DNA of 64,000 nucleotides from Candidatus Omnitrophota bacterium. GTDB taxonomy: Bacteria; Omnitrophota; Gorgyraeia; JAHJTE01. The position numbers and the translations under genes were made by a program. The notes below the pieces were generated by a model. That model saw nothing but the letters and a program-made list of their open reading frames with translations. It did not search any database and had not been told where the DNA came from. Position 1 is the first letter of the stretch; each line of letters starts with the position of its first letter. The stretch covers positions 199,674 through 263,673 of the forward strand of contig JAHJTE010000003.1 in assembly GCA_018830005.1 (NCBI GenBank), written 5' to 3'. Of this stretch, positions 8,755-17,308 are shown piece after piece.

Positions 8755-9743
8755 CTCTTCTTGTAAACCGTAACTTCGTTTCTTCCATGTCTTTTAGCCA
8801 AATACAAGGCCTTATCTGCATTGGAAATCAAAGTTTCTCTATCTGGATGCTGCTCATTGAGCTCTCCCACGCCTCCGCTAATGGTTACGTTAACCTTTTT
8901 TCTTTTTATACGGAACAAATTATTAGCTATTTTAACTCTTATCCTGTCAGAAATCAACAGGGCTTCTCTTCTTTTGGTTTCGGGAAAAATAATACTAAAT
9001 TCTTCTCCTCCATAACGAAATACGCTATCACTAGAGCGTAAAGACTCCTGCAAAATCTTTCCGATGCCTTTTAAAACTTCGTCTCCAAAAGGATGGCCAA
9101 AATTATCATTAAAATTTTTAAAGTGATCAACATCGAATATGGCAATTGAAAAAGGCCGCTTATATCTTTTTGCTCGCGATATTTCCAAATCCAAAGTATC
9201 CAAAAAATATCTATGGTTATAGCAACCCGTAAGCCCATCTCTAATGGACGTTTCTTTAAGTTTTAAATTTGCGTGTTCTACCTCATCAACATATCCATCT
9301 ATTTTTTCATTCAGCCTCTTATAATATGCCTCTGATAATTCAAATAATGTATCAATCATAATGCTACTTACTCTCTCTATTGATCCTTCTGGCACTCTTG
9401 CCTTCTTTTGCCACTGCTCTATCATCGGCCTTACAGACTCATAAAATGAGTAGTAAGCCCGCTGTACTTCAGAAAGCCTAAATCCCTGAGAACTGCGAAG
9501 TTGGCTAAGCTTTTCTAAAAACATGCGTAGTTTCAAGAAATTATTTTTTTCTAGAATCTCAATGAATGCAGATAAAAATTCAGAACATAAATCATGCAAT
9601 TCAGACTTCGATACATTAGAATAACTTCCGCCTTGCGCCTGAATAAGCTTAATCCAATTAGACAATATTTCTGTCTTTTCAGAAGAGATTAACTTTGATA
9701 ACCCTTTTGGATTAACTTCATTTTTTTTGTTTTTTACTCTCAC
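8751..9743 (-). CDS. Diguanylate cyclase with N-terminal RsbRD_N-like (globin-like) helical domain
   Basis: DGLTG..N, DVDHFK..ND.FGH..GD, RSSD I-site five residues before RYGGEEF, ADKALY.AK..GRN. Confidence 0.88.
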   Translation of the reverse strand: MRVKNKKNEVNPKGLSKLISSEKTEILSNWIKLIQAQGGSYSNVSKSELHDLCSEFLSAFIEILEKNNFLKLRMFLEKLSQLRSSQGFRLSEVQRAYYSFYESVRPMIEQWQKKARVPEGSIERVSSIMIDTLFELSEAYYKRLNEKIDGYVDEVEHANLKLKETSIRDGLTGCYNHRYFLDTLDLEISRAKRYKRPFSIAIFDVDHFKNFNDNFGHPFGDEVLKGIGKILQESLRSSDSVFRYGGEEFSIIFPETKRREALLISDRIRVKIANNLFRIKRKKVNVTISGGVGELNEQHPDRETLISNADKALYLAKRHGRNEVTVYKKR

Positions 9744-9784
9744 GTTAAGACCCTCTAAAATAAAAGCCTAATTTATTTTTAAGC

Positions 9785-11077
9785 TTAGGCTTCTCTTAAA
9801 TAACCCCATGTATGCAGTTTATCTGAATCTTCAAACCATCTATTCCCTATATCTGTACGGTAATACATATTGGGTATTATGATATTCTTTATTCTGCTAT
9901 AGGCCTGAGATTGAGCTTGCTTCATAGTCTGGCCAATACCAACTACTACAAGGACCACCCCCATAGTACCAGCAACAAGCCATTGTCCATCTATATTCTT
10001 TACATCTTCAATATGAATGCCATCGTAATACTGCTTCTTAAAAAGTATAGCGGCATTATTTGAATACCTATCAAAAGTGTCTTCGTCTTTAAAAGGATAT
10101 GGGGGTACTACAATCCTCACGCCTACCTGAAATCCTTTTTTTGTTTTGAATTCTTTTAAATTGCCGCAAGCTAAATTAAATAAAAATTCAGCCATAGGCA
10201 TTTGGATGCCTTCCTGCTGAATAAATATAGTAGGGTAACCAAAACGAGCCGTAAATTCTAAAGGATAAATACCATTTGCATTAACTATGCAATTAATATC
10301 TATATATCCTGCGTATCTCTCTTTCCTTAATTTACTTTCCAGTCTAGCTAATGTGGCATTAAAAAGCCTATTGGCCTTACTCCAATACATAGAAGTACCC
10401 ATCTCACCTGTAGATGGGCCTATCTGGCCAGGGAAAAGCTTTTTGTGTTCAAAATTTATGTTAATGGGGTGGACGAATTGCGAACCGTTAAAAAAAGCCC
10501 CAACAGCTATTTCAACGCCAGTCACTCGTCTTTGAAGTTGAAAAACTTTTATGTCATCTGTAGAAACCTTTCTGTAGGCCTCCAAGACTTTAATCACATC
10601 TTTGCCATCTTCTTCTTCACCTACAAATAACATTCTCTTTAAATTTTGTGCCTCTCCGCTTGGTTTTATTACATATCTGTTTGGGTTTTTTTCTACATAT
10701 CCTATTGCATCTGTAAAATCACTAAATTCCTTATAAGGTAATATGCTAATCCCCGTTCGCTTTAATTCTTCTTGACCAAAGGTCCTATCATCTTCGAGTC
10801 TATCCGTATATTCTGTGCCACCGATTACGAATTTTCCGTTTTTCCTTAAATTTTGCGCCTCTTTACCCAATCCTAAAACATCATCAAAAATTACAACATC
10901 AGCCCAATCAACTTCCTTTCTCCAATCCTCAACTTTAGGAACGAACCCATCTGCTATATCCTGATTGCTCTCATTTCTTATAAAATATCTTGCTTCATGT
11001 CCTTCTTTGATAACTTGCCAGGCAATATCACCAATAAATCCATCCAAGGATACAAAAAGGAATTTTTTCTTATCCAT
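9785..11077 (-). CDS. Atypical PurD-like (GARS-like) ATP-grasp ligase
   Basis: YVIKPSG, GPSTGEMG, LEFTARFGYP and YYRTDIG as in PurD, but the canonical GxGGREHA N-terminus is missing. Confidence 0.75.
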   Translation of the reverse strand: MDKKKFLFVSLDGFIGDIAWQVIKEGHEARYFIRNESNQDIADGFVPKVEDWRKEVDWADVVIFDDVLGLGKEAQNLRKNGKFVIGGTEYTDRLEDDRTFGQEELKRTGISILPYKEFSDFTDAIGYVEKNPNRYVIKPSGEAQNLKRMLFVGEEEDGKDVIKVLEAYRKVSTDDIKVFQLQRRVTGVEIAVGAFFNGSQFVHPININFEHKKLFPGQIGPSTGEMGTSMYWSKANRLFNATLARLESKLRKERYAGYIDINCIVNANGIYPLEFTARFGYPTIFIQQEGIQMPMAEFLFNLACGNLKEFKTKKGFQVGVRIVVPPYPFKDEDTFDRYSNNAAILFKKQYYDGIHIEDVKNIDGQWLVAGTMGVVLVVVGIGQTMKQAQSQAYSRIKNIIIPNMYYRTDIGNRWFEDSDKLHTWGYLREA

Positions 11078-11097
11078 TTCCTATATCTCCATTTAGC

Positions 11098-12141
11098 TTA
11101 AGGATAACCCTGCCTTAACAAAGACGACGGGACACTTAAGCCTTTTAATTCAATAGTAGCGCCTTTAAGGAAAACTTTATATCTTCTATCCACTGACTTC
11201 TTATGAATAAAATCATAAGTTTTCTCTACAATATGGCGCGTAATATATTTAACTATATTATCAGGTAGCCCGCTGCTTGTTTCGGATTTTGTATTTAAGC
11301 AGCATTGATCATTGATATAATCTATACATACAAAACGTCTCCTATCTTTCTTTTTATCAATTGCTATCTCGCTAGAAAACCAGACCATTTTTGACAAAGA
11401 TGCGATCTTTGCAACTATCTCTACAAGCTTAAGAAAATCATGAGTATAAAATTCTTTTTCGCTAACATGTTCGTAGATATTTGTCTGGTCATCCCACCAA
11501 CAAGGTATTATAGCATCAAAGACATGCAATAGGCGAAACCAGGCACGCTTATTGCCAAGCCTTATAGGAATAATTTTCTCTTGAAGCAAAAAATTATCTT
11601 CATAATCAAAACTGCGCGCTTTTGCAATCTCTTCTATAGTTCCGCGAGCATCTTTAATTAATCCCTTCTGTCCGTATCCGCAAGCAGGTTTTATTATAAA
11701 TGGTATTCCCAGCCTCTTTTTTGTCTCTTGAGCTAGTCCTCTATTTCTAGGCTCCCAACTACGAACTATAACTGTATAGGGAGTTTGAATTCCTGCGTTA
11801 ATAAGTTCAAAATGAGAAACAGACTTGTCTATAGCTATCCTTGTTCTATCCGGATCATTAATAATTGCCGCCCCTGCATCCTTGGCAGCATAACATAGCT
11901 TAGCGTATATATCTCCTTTTTTATTATATGTCGCCTCGCCGTCAAGAAGAGCATCTATCTTCAATCTATTCTCTTTAAGTTGCTTGATTATTGAAATGAT
12001 ATTTTTTTTGTTTATCCATAAAAAAGAAAGCTTGCGGTCTTCACAAGCTTTCTTAAGAAGCGTTATAAATTGCTCCTCTAATGTATCCTTCCAATTTAGA
12101 GCAAAATTATAATTATACATATGGCTATCAGCACCCTTCAA
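11098..12141 (-). CDS. RimK/GshB-like ATP-grasp enzyme of unknown specificity
   Basis: IIND...DK, AGIQTPYT, PFIIKPACGYG, LLQEKI; terminal IDYIND in place of ExN. Confidence 0.7.
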   Translation of the reverse strand: MKGADSHMYNYNFALNWKDTLEEQFITLLKKACEDRKLSFLWINKKNIISIIKQLKENRLKIDALLDGEATYNKKGDIYAKLCYAAKDAGAAIINDPDRTRIAIDKSVSHFELINAGIQTPYTVIVRSWEPRNRGLAQETKKRLGIPFIIKPACGYGQKGLIKDARGTIEEIAKARSFDYEDNFLLQEKIIPIRLGNKRAWFRLLHVFDAIIPCWWDDQTNIYEHVSEKEFYTHDFLKLVEIVAKIASLSKMVWFSSEIAIDKKKDRRRFVCIDYINDQCCLNTKSETSSGLPDNIVKYITRHIVEKTYDFIHKKSVDRRYKVFLKGATIELKGLSVPSSLLRQGYP

Positions 12142-12226
12142 AACTTTTACTCACCGGTGCCTAACTTTATAATATAGACTTACTCACTCTAAGTCATAGA
12201 TAGAGACAAAATTTCCGCTGAGAACA

Positions 12227-13168
12227 TCATGAAGCATCTTCTTTCAATAACCTAATTGCTAAATAATAAATCTTATCATCCAATTGTTTAATTATTCGAT
12301 ACTGCTCTTTTAATCTGTCTATGCTTCCATTTATCTTAAAATTGAGCAAACTATCTTTGTAGCCACAATAACTAGATAAAACTCCTAGCCAAAACATAAA
12401 TTTACCCTTTAAATTTTGATTTTCGACTAAAGAAAGCAGAAACTTTTCTGCTTGAGAAGCAAGAGGGGACGAAGTTTTCTTAAACCATCTAATTGTAGCA
12501 TATAGATAACCCAATTCCCAAAAACAATTAACAGTATCGCAGAAGTAGTCAAAGTCGGTAGTCAAAGCTTCAATTTTACTTTCGCTTCTTACAATTCTAA
12601 AATTCCATATATGAGGGTCTTCTATGCCACAACCATAAATGAATTTAATATTTGATTTCTCAAGTTTATCTATAATAGCCCTAACCTTGGGTAAAAATTC
12701 AAAATCTTCTGAGAATTCTTTGCTCAACTGAAGTGAGGCTTTAATATTTGCGGGAGCAAGGAATTCCTTATAGTCTAGATTAATAGAATTGATATCTCGA
12801 AGATAGCTATAAACTGAAGTCAGACTCATAATAATATCAGAGGGATTATTTAGTAAATAATCAGATAGAAATTCACCTATATAATCACAGATCACAGTCT
12901 TATCTTTAGGATATATCATTGTAATTTCAGGACATATCTTATTGATACACTTTAAATAGGTTGTAATCTCAAGAAGCCTTAAATAATCATCTAGCTTTGC
13001 ATAGGTCGTGGATACATATTGCCTAGAATCTCCATTTAAAATGCTACAGACTATCTTAGTATGCCATCTGTTCTTATTGTTTAAGACTTCCTTAAGGAAA
13101 TAACCATATCCTTCTAAGGGGAAAACTAATTGCAAAGTTGAATTCGCTAAAATTTCCATTTTATCCAT
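12227..13168 (-). CDS. APH/choline-kinase-like phosphotransferase
   Basis: Catalytic-loop DxxxxN (DPHIWN), followed by a DFD metal-binding motif and a WELGYL helix. Confidence 0.55.
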   Translation of the reverse strand: MDKMEILANSTLQLVFPLEGYGYFLKEVLNNKNRWHTKIVCSILNGDSRQYVSTTYAKLDDYLRLLEITTYLKCINKICPEITMIYPKDKTVICDYIGEFLSDYLLNNPSDIIMSLTSVYSYLRDINSINLDYKEFLAPANIKASLQLSKEFSEDFEFLPKVRAIIDKLEKSNIKFIYGCGIEDPHIWNFRIVRSESKIEALTTDFDYFCDTVNCFWELGYLYATIRWFKKTSSPLASQAEKFLLSLVENQNLKGKFMFWLGVLSSYCGYKDSLLNFKINGSIDRLKEQYRIIKQLDDKIYYLAIRLLKEDAS

Positions 13169-13193
13169 AATTAACTTTTTGCCTTTAGCCTCT

Positions 13194-13592
13194 TTAATAT
13201 TCTATTTCTATGGAAGGCTCTTCGCTTTCTGAATTCTCTATTTCTGAAGATTTGTATTCCTCTTCATAAGATTCCTTATAAACGATGATAATCTTGGCTA
13301 CCCTTTTCTCGTCTCTAATTATATAATCAATACCGACATTGTCACCCATATTGATGTTCTCAAGCGAATCTACGTTGCTTAACTCTGTTGCAGGATCTAT
13401 AACGTAGGTAGTATCTATTTCCTGCTCATTAATATAATCATATTCAGTCACTGTGATATAATCAGGGGAAACGCTTTTTACTATGCCGTAGATATATCCT
13501 ATTTCCTCCTCCTGAGCAAACAATACGCCGCAAATCGAAACCATCATTAAACTCAACGTCAATACTAGAACAACTAATAAGTCTCTGCTCAT
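13194..13592 (-). CDS. Secreted acidic protein, probable OB-fold
   Basis: Signal peptide ending FAQ; G-IVKSV...ITV...INMGDNVGIDY strand pattern; Glu-rich tail. Confidence 0.55.
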   Translation of the reverse strand: MSRDLLVVLVLTLSLMMVSICGVLFAQEEEIGYIYGIVKSVSPDYITVTEYDYINEQEIDTTYVIDPATELSNVDSLENINMGDNVGIDYIIRDEKRVAKIIIVYKESYEEEYKSSEIENSESEEPSIEIEY

Positions 13593-13619
13593 TGCTTTTT
13601 GTCTCCTCTTGCGATTTTT

Positions 13620-13958
13620 TTATTTTCGGTCTGTTTTTAATTTGCTTAACTTAGCTAAATCTTGCTTAAAAATCTCTAATTGCGCTAATCCTATCGTGAT
13701 AGAGTTAAGCAATGAATTGTAGGCCTTATCTTGTGACCTCAACAAGCGATAATAAACGTTTAAGCCTCTTCGTTTATCTGATGCCAGACCCGTCAAACGT
13801 AATCGAGTCAAATGTTTAGATATATTTGGCTGAGCTTTATTTAGTATTTTACAAAGCTCACTAACAGTTAACTCTTTTTTGCTTAATAGATTTATAATTC
13901 TGAGGCGAGTGTCATCAGCTAAAGATTTTAATATTTGGCGCGCTTTTTTAAGTTGCAT
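13620..13958 (-). CDS. ArsR/SmtB family transcriptional regulator
   Basis: LKSLADDTRLRI, VSEL, QPNISKHL..LR..GL, RRG..VYY. Confidence 0.92.
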   Translation of the reverse strand: MQLKKARQILKSLADDTRLRIINLLSKKELTVSELCKILNKAQPNISKHLTRLRLTGLASDKRRGLNVYYRLLRSQDKAYNSLLNSITIGLAQLEIFKQDLAKLSKLKTDRK

Positions 13959-14035
13959 ATACCACCTTCTTACTCTCTTAAAAAATCTAGATTAGATATT
14001 TTAATCTTGAGAATAAAGACGTCTTATTTTTCATA

Positions 14036-15223
14036 TTATGATTTACTTAGGATTTTTTTGTAAACTTCTATGGTATTCTCTGTCATAACCTCCTTCGTAT
14101 ATTTTTCATTCACAAGAGTCCTGCCATTTTCTCCTAGTTCGGTTCGCAATTTTTTGTCTCTTAAAAGTAGGAGGCATTTTTCAGCAAGTTCTCTATAGTC
14201 TCTTATTTTAATAATAAACCCATTATGGCCATCTTTAATAATCTCGGGCATGCCCCCCGCTGCTGTAATAATTATTGGAATGCCGATCGCTAATGATTCT
14301 AGTATTGTTATACCAAAAGGCTCTTGTGAATTAGAAGGGTACATACACACATCTGCAATATTATAAAATTGGGGCATAATATCATATGGTATCATATCTA
14401 CAAATAGATTCTTTTCTACATGTATTTTTTTTGCCAGATGAACTAAATAGGCAATATCTTTCTGTTGGGTTGCACCCCAGTCTATAATATGTTTTGTCCC
14501 TGTAAGTATAAGTAGGATATTCGGCATTGATTTCTTTATTATTCTCAAGGCTTTAATACTCACATCGCAGCCTTTGGCTAATCCTAATCTTGCCGGATGA
14601 AAAATAATTCTGCGATTCTTAAGCGCAGGGTATTTGTTGAGAATTTGGACGCAATCTTTCTTTTTAAATTTATCCACATCTACCCCATGATAAACAACCG
14701 TAATTTTATTATCCGGGATACCGATACCCATAAGTTCAAACTTTATATATTCACTTACTGCAATAATATGGTCCCAGCCAATATTCAAAGTCAGGTCTAA
14801 AAAATTACCTTCATCCCATACATTATGCGCAGTCAAGACAAGTGGAATACTATGCGATTTTGCATAGGTGCTTAAAACTTCAGCATGAAGTTTACTAAAA
14901 TAATGCATATTGTGGGCGTGGATTATATCCGGCTTTGTCGTGTCCAGAAACATATTGATCAAATCCCTAATTTCTTTTTCTAGTCCTTCAAGTCCTCTCT
15001 CGAATAGCCAATTAAGATCGAATAAAGGAGAGCGTTTTATAGTCATGCCCTTATATTCATAGTCTACTCTTTCATTGGCAACAGTCCCTGTCAAAAGATT
15101 AACCGCATATCCTCTTTCTACTAGTGTTGGGCCCAATAAAGACAAATGGGTTTCCACGCCACCTATAATCGGCGGGAAACCCCAATGTAGCATTGCAATT
15201 TTCCCCTTACGTGCTTTCTTCAA
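14036..15223 (-). CDS. GT4 family glycosyltransferase
   Basis: PPIIGGVE, DIIHAH, GVD..F, R-x4-KG, EPFGITILE (EX7E). Confidence 0.9.
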   Translation of the reverse strand: MKKARKGKIAMLHWGFPPIIGGVETHLSLLGPTLVERGYAVNLLTGTVANERVDYEYKGMTIKRSPLFDLNWLFERGLEGLEKEIRDLINMFLDTTKPDIIHAHNMHYFSKLHAEVLSTYAKSHSIPLVLTAHNVWDEGNFLDLTLNIGWDHIIAVSEYIKFELMGIGIPDNKITVVYHGVDVDKFKKKDCVQILNKYPALKNRRIIFHPARLGLAKGCDVSIKALRIIKKSMPNILLILTGTKHIIDWGATQQKDIAYLVHLAKKIHVEKNLFVDMIPYDIMPQFYNIADVCMYPSNSQEPFGITILESLAIGIPIIITAAGGMPEIIKDGHNGFIIKIRDYRELAEKCLLLLRDKKLRTELGENGRTLVNEKYTKEVMTENTIEVYKKILSKS

Positions 15224-15305
15224 GAATTATACGGAAAAGAGCATAATTAGCTCTTGTTCCACCCTTAAAAAATCTAATAATAGTTACGATTAAACAGGAA
15301 AATTT

Positions 15306-15449
15306 TCATAAAATTGGCCTATATAATTTATCTAGGAGCTCTCTCGTTAAACGGCGCTTCTCCTCGTTGCTTTCGGTGCTGCTTTTGATAATGAGTTTCT
15401 GACGCCTTACATATTTCCTTAACCCCTGCGACAATCGCTTCTTACCCAT
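15306..15449 (-). CDS. 47-aa basic hypothetical protein (not in ORF track)
   Basis: Hand translation MGKKRLSQGLRKYVRRQKLIIKSSTESNEEKRRLTRELLDKLYRPIL; lies directly downstream of a promoter-like sequence. Confidence 0.5.
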   Translation of the reverse strand: MGKKRLSQGLRKYVRRQKLIIKSSTESNEEKRRLTRELLDKLYRPIL

Positions 15450-15490
15450 GGCATTTAACTTTCTTATAAAGTTCTAATAATATATGTAAC

Positions 15491-15539
15491 TATATGAGTA
15501 TATGTACATATAATATAAATAAAAAATTGGTTTTGTCAA
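15491..15539 (-). promoter_or_regulatory. Sigma70-type promoter with overlapping ArsR/SmtB-like inverted repeat
   Basis: TTGACA (15534-15539), TATATT-like -10 near 15512-15517, and inverted repeat TATATG-N10-CATATA (15491-15512) over the start site. Confidence 0.55.
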
Positions 15540-15613
15540 GTAAATTTTAGCTTTGTCTAGGCTACCGGCTACCCTTAGGAAAACTCCCTTTAATCATATT
15601 ATAAAAAAGCTCT

Positions 15614-15823
15614 CTACTGCGTGTCTTCTCTACTAGACGCACCTCTTCTATTTTTGTCAATAAGATCAAAAAACCGACTTCTCCAGGCAGGATTAATTAA
15701 TGCTCCGTCAGCACTAAAGAAAATCACAAGTATAATAAATAGCGAAGGAGTGACGATCTTAAAAAAAGCAATAACTGCTAGAATTAATACTATCACTCCT
15801 TGGAAAAAAGTAAAAATTAACAC
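15614..15823 (-). CDS. Small 2-TM hypothetical membrane protein
   Basis: Two hydrophobic segments, co-oriented with neighbours; start uncertain. Confidence 0.35.
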   Translation of the reverse strand: MLIFTFFQGVIVLILAVIAFFKIVTPSLFIILVIFFSADGALINPAWRSRFFDLIDKNRRGASSREDTQ

Positions 15824-15857
15824 GATCTTTTTTCTTGAGCGTAAACTAGCGATAATA

Positions 15858-16577
15858 TCAGCGCTCCAAGCAGACAGCCTTTCTTATATTCTCAAGTTTC
15901 CCAAAACATATAATTCTGTCGCCTAAATTAAATTTCTCATTTGCAGAAGGATTGGGAATTGTTGCTCCCTCTCTTTCTATAGCCAAAACATTAATATCCC
16001 TCACTCTTAAATCAGACTCCATAATTGTTTTATTCTTTATAGGACTATCTTTGCAAATTTCAATCTGGCTTATTCCATAGCCACCGGTTGCGACAACAAG
16101 CTCCTCAAAAGATACAGGCTTAACCAACTCTTTCTTTACAATATTTCTTCTTAAAAAATCTGTTAGTTTCCTGGCAAATTTAGTGCGAGTAAATACTTTA
16201 TAAATAACATAAACTGAAATTAAAATAATCGCAAGATTAACTAAGGGCAAAAAACTCACTGGTAAAACTAAATGTAAAATTGGGATTGTAAACTTTGGTA
16301 TAACAGTAGTTACTCTTAGAGAATTAGCAAAAGTAGCAATTAGTGTCACAAGACCGGCATTTCCTAATACCATAAGTACTGAAGCAATTCTGCGCCTTTG
16401 AGGATTTCCCGTAATAGATTCTGCTTCTTTTGTAGTAAAGCCTGTTCCAGTAAAACAAGATAGTGCCTGAAACTTAGCCAAAGACCATTCTAAGCCTGTT
16501 AATTGAAAAGCAATAGCCCCAATTCTTACTGCTATGAAAGAAATAATAATCGCGACTATGAATAATAATAAATTCAT
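15858..16577 (-). CDS. Channel-like membrane protein with C-terminal TrkA-C (RCK_C) domain
   Basis: LTGL...A.FQALS.FTGTGFTT.EAE pore-like motif; C-terminal SP..NKT...DLR...INVLAIER...NP......GD....G. Confidence 0.82.
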   Translation of the reverse strand: MNLLLFIVAIIISFIAVRIGAIAFQLTGLEWSLAKFQALSCFTGTGFTTKEAESITGNPQRRRIASVLMVLGNAGLVTLIATFANSLRVTTVIPKFTIPILHLVLPVSFLPLVNLAIILISVYVIYKVFTRTKFARKLTDFLRRNIVKKELVKPVSFEELVVATGGYGISQIEICKDSPIKNKTIMESDLRVRDINVLAIEREGATIPNPSANEKFNLGDRIICFGKLENIRKAVCLER

Positions 16578-16579
16578 AC

Positions 16580-16640
16580 TATCTCCTTTTTATAAAAGAG
16601 ACGGCTCAGCCTCTTTAGTTGATACCCACCTTAGCTGAAC
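16580..16640 (-). ncRNA. Candidate Na+-I (DUF1646-motif-like) riboswitch with translational expression platform
   Basis: UUCAGCU-AAGGUGGGUAUCAACU-AAAGA-GGCUGAG, with mutually exclusive pairings to an SD-sequestering hairpin before the TrkA-C gene; family match is from recall of the consensus. Confidence 0.55.
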
Positions 16641-16668
16641 ACAAAAAACTACAGAAATACTAAATTTT

Positions 16669-17064
16669 TTAATCTTTCTCGAAAATTTTAATTGTTCTTA
16701 CCTGTGTATCGCTTGAGGACGGTTCTTCAAGCTCATAGGAAGACTGTGCAAAAATCTTTACCTTATTCCATCTGCTAACCTTTCCGTTTAAAAATAGCAC
16801 CCGATAATAATAAGAACCCATGGGTTTAAATTTGCCAGCCCATAATCTTTGAATAGGATAATTCCAAACCTCATACTCCTCCTTATCAATACTTATTGTG
16901 CTTCTTGCTTTAGGCTCTCCTATTAGCTTTATTACTTCTTCCTTACTCATCTCTCGTTTAATTCCCCTGATCTCCAGCTCTCCATCATTTATACTTTGAA
17001 AGCCAACGGCGCATCCATAAAGGCCTAACAACAACACTAAAAGTACTAACATCTGTCTCTTCAT
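16669..17064 (-). CDS. Lipoprotein with SmpA/BamE-like domain
   Basis: Lipobox LYGC; MSKEEV..LIGEP...W.Y...F.NGKV. Confidence 0.6.
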   Translation of the reverse strand: MKRQMLVLLVLLLGLYGCAVGFQSINDGELEIRGIKREMSKEEVIKLIGEPKARSTISIDKEEYEVWNYPIQRLWAGKFKPMGSYYYRVLFLNGKVSRWNKVKIFAQSSYELEEPSSSDTQVRTIKIFEKD

Positions 17065-17103
17065 CTTTAACCCCCCTTTTAAACTTAACTATAACAACCT
17101 ACT

Positions 17104-17304
17104 TTATTTTTCTTTTAGATAATGACTAGCCCATCCCACAATAAAGCCTATTGCTAGAGTTGAGAAAATTATAATCGCTCTGCTGGTTTGAAAAGACCAT
17201 AACAGAAACTTAATTTCAACAATCTCGTAATTTTGAGCTGCAAAAATTACTAAAACAAGCAGCAGAATCAATATGAGTATCAATTTCCAATTCATAATAG
17301 CCAC
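17104..17304 (-). CDS. LapA/DUF1049 family small membrane protein
   Basis: TM-FAAQN...V.I.FL.W-TM architecture. Confidence 0.75.
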   Translation of the reverse strand: MAIMNWKLILILILLLVLVIFAAQNYEIVEIKFLLWSFQTSRAIIIFSTLAIGFIVGWASHYLKEK

Positions 17305-17308
17305 CTCT

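Noticed and set aside
9785-11077. Calling this gene purD
   Set aside because: It lacks the canonical N-terminal motif and any purine-pathway context, so the symbol was withheld.
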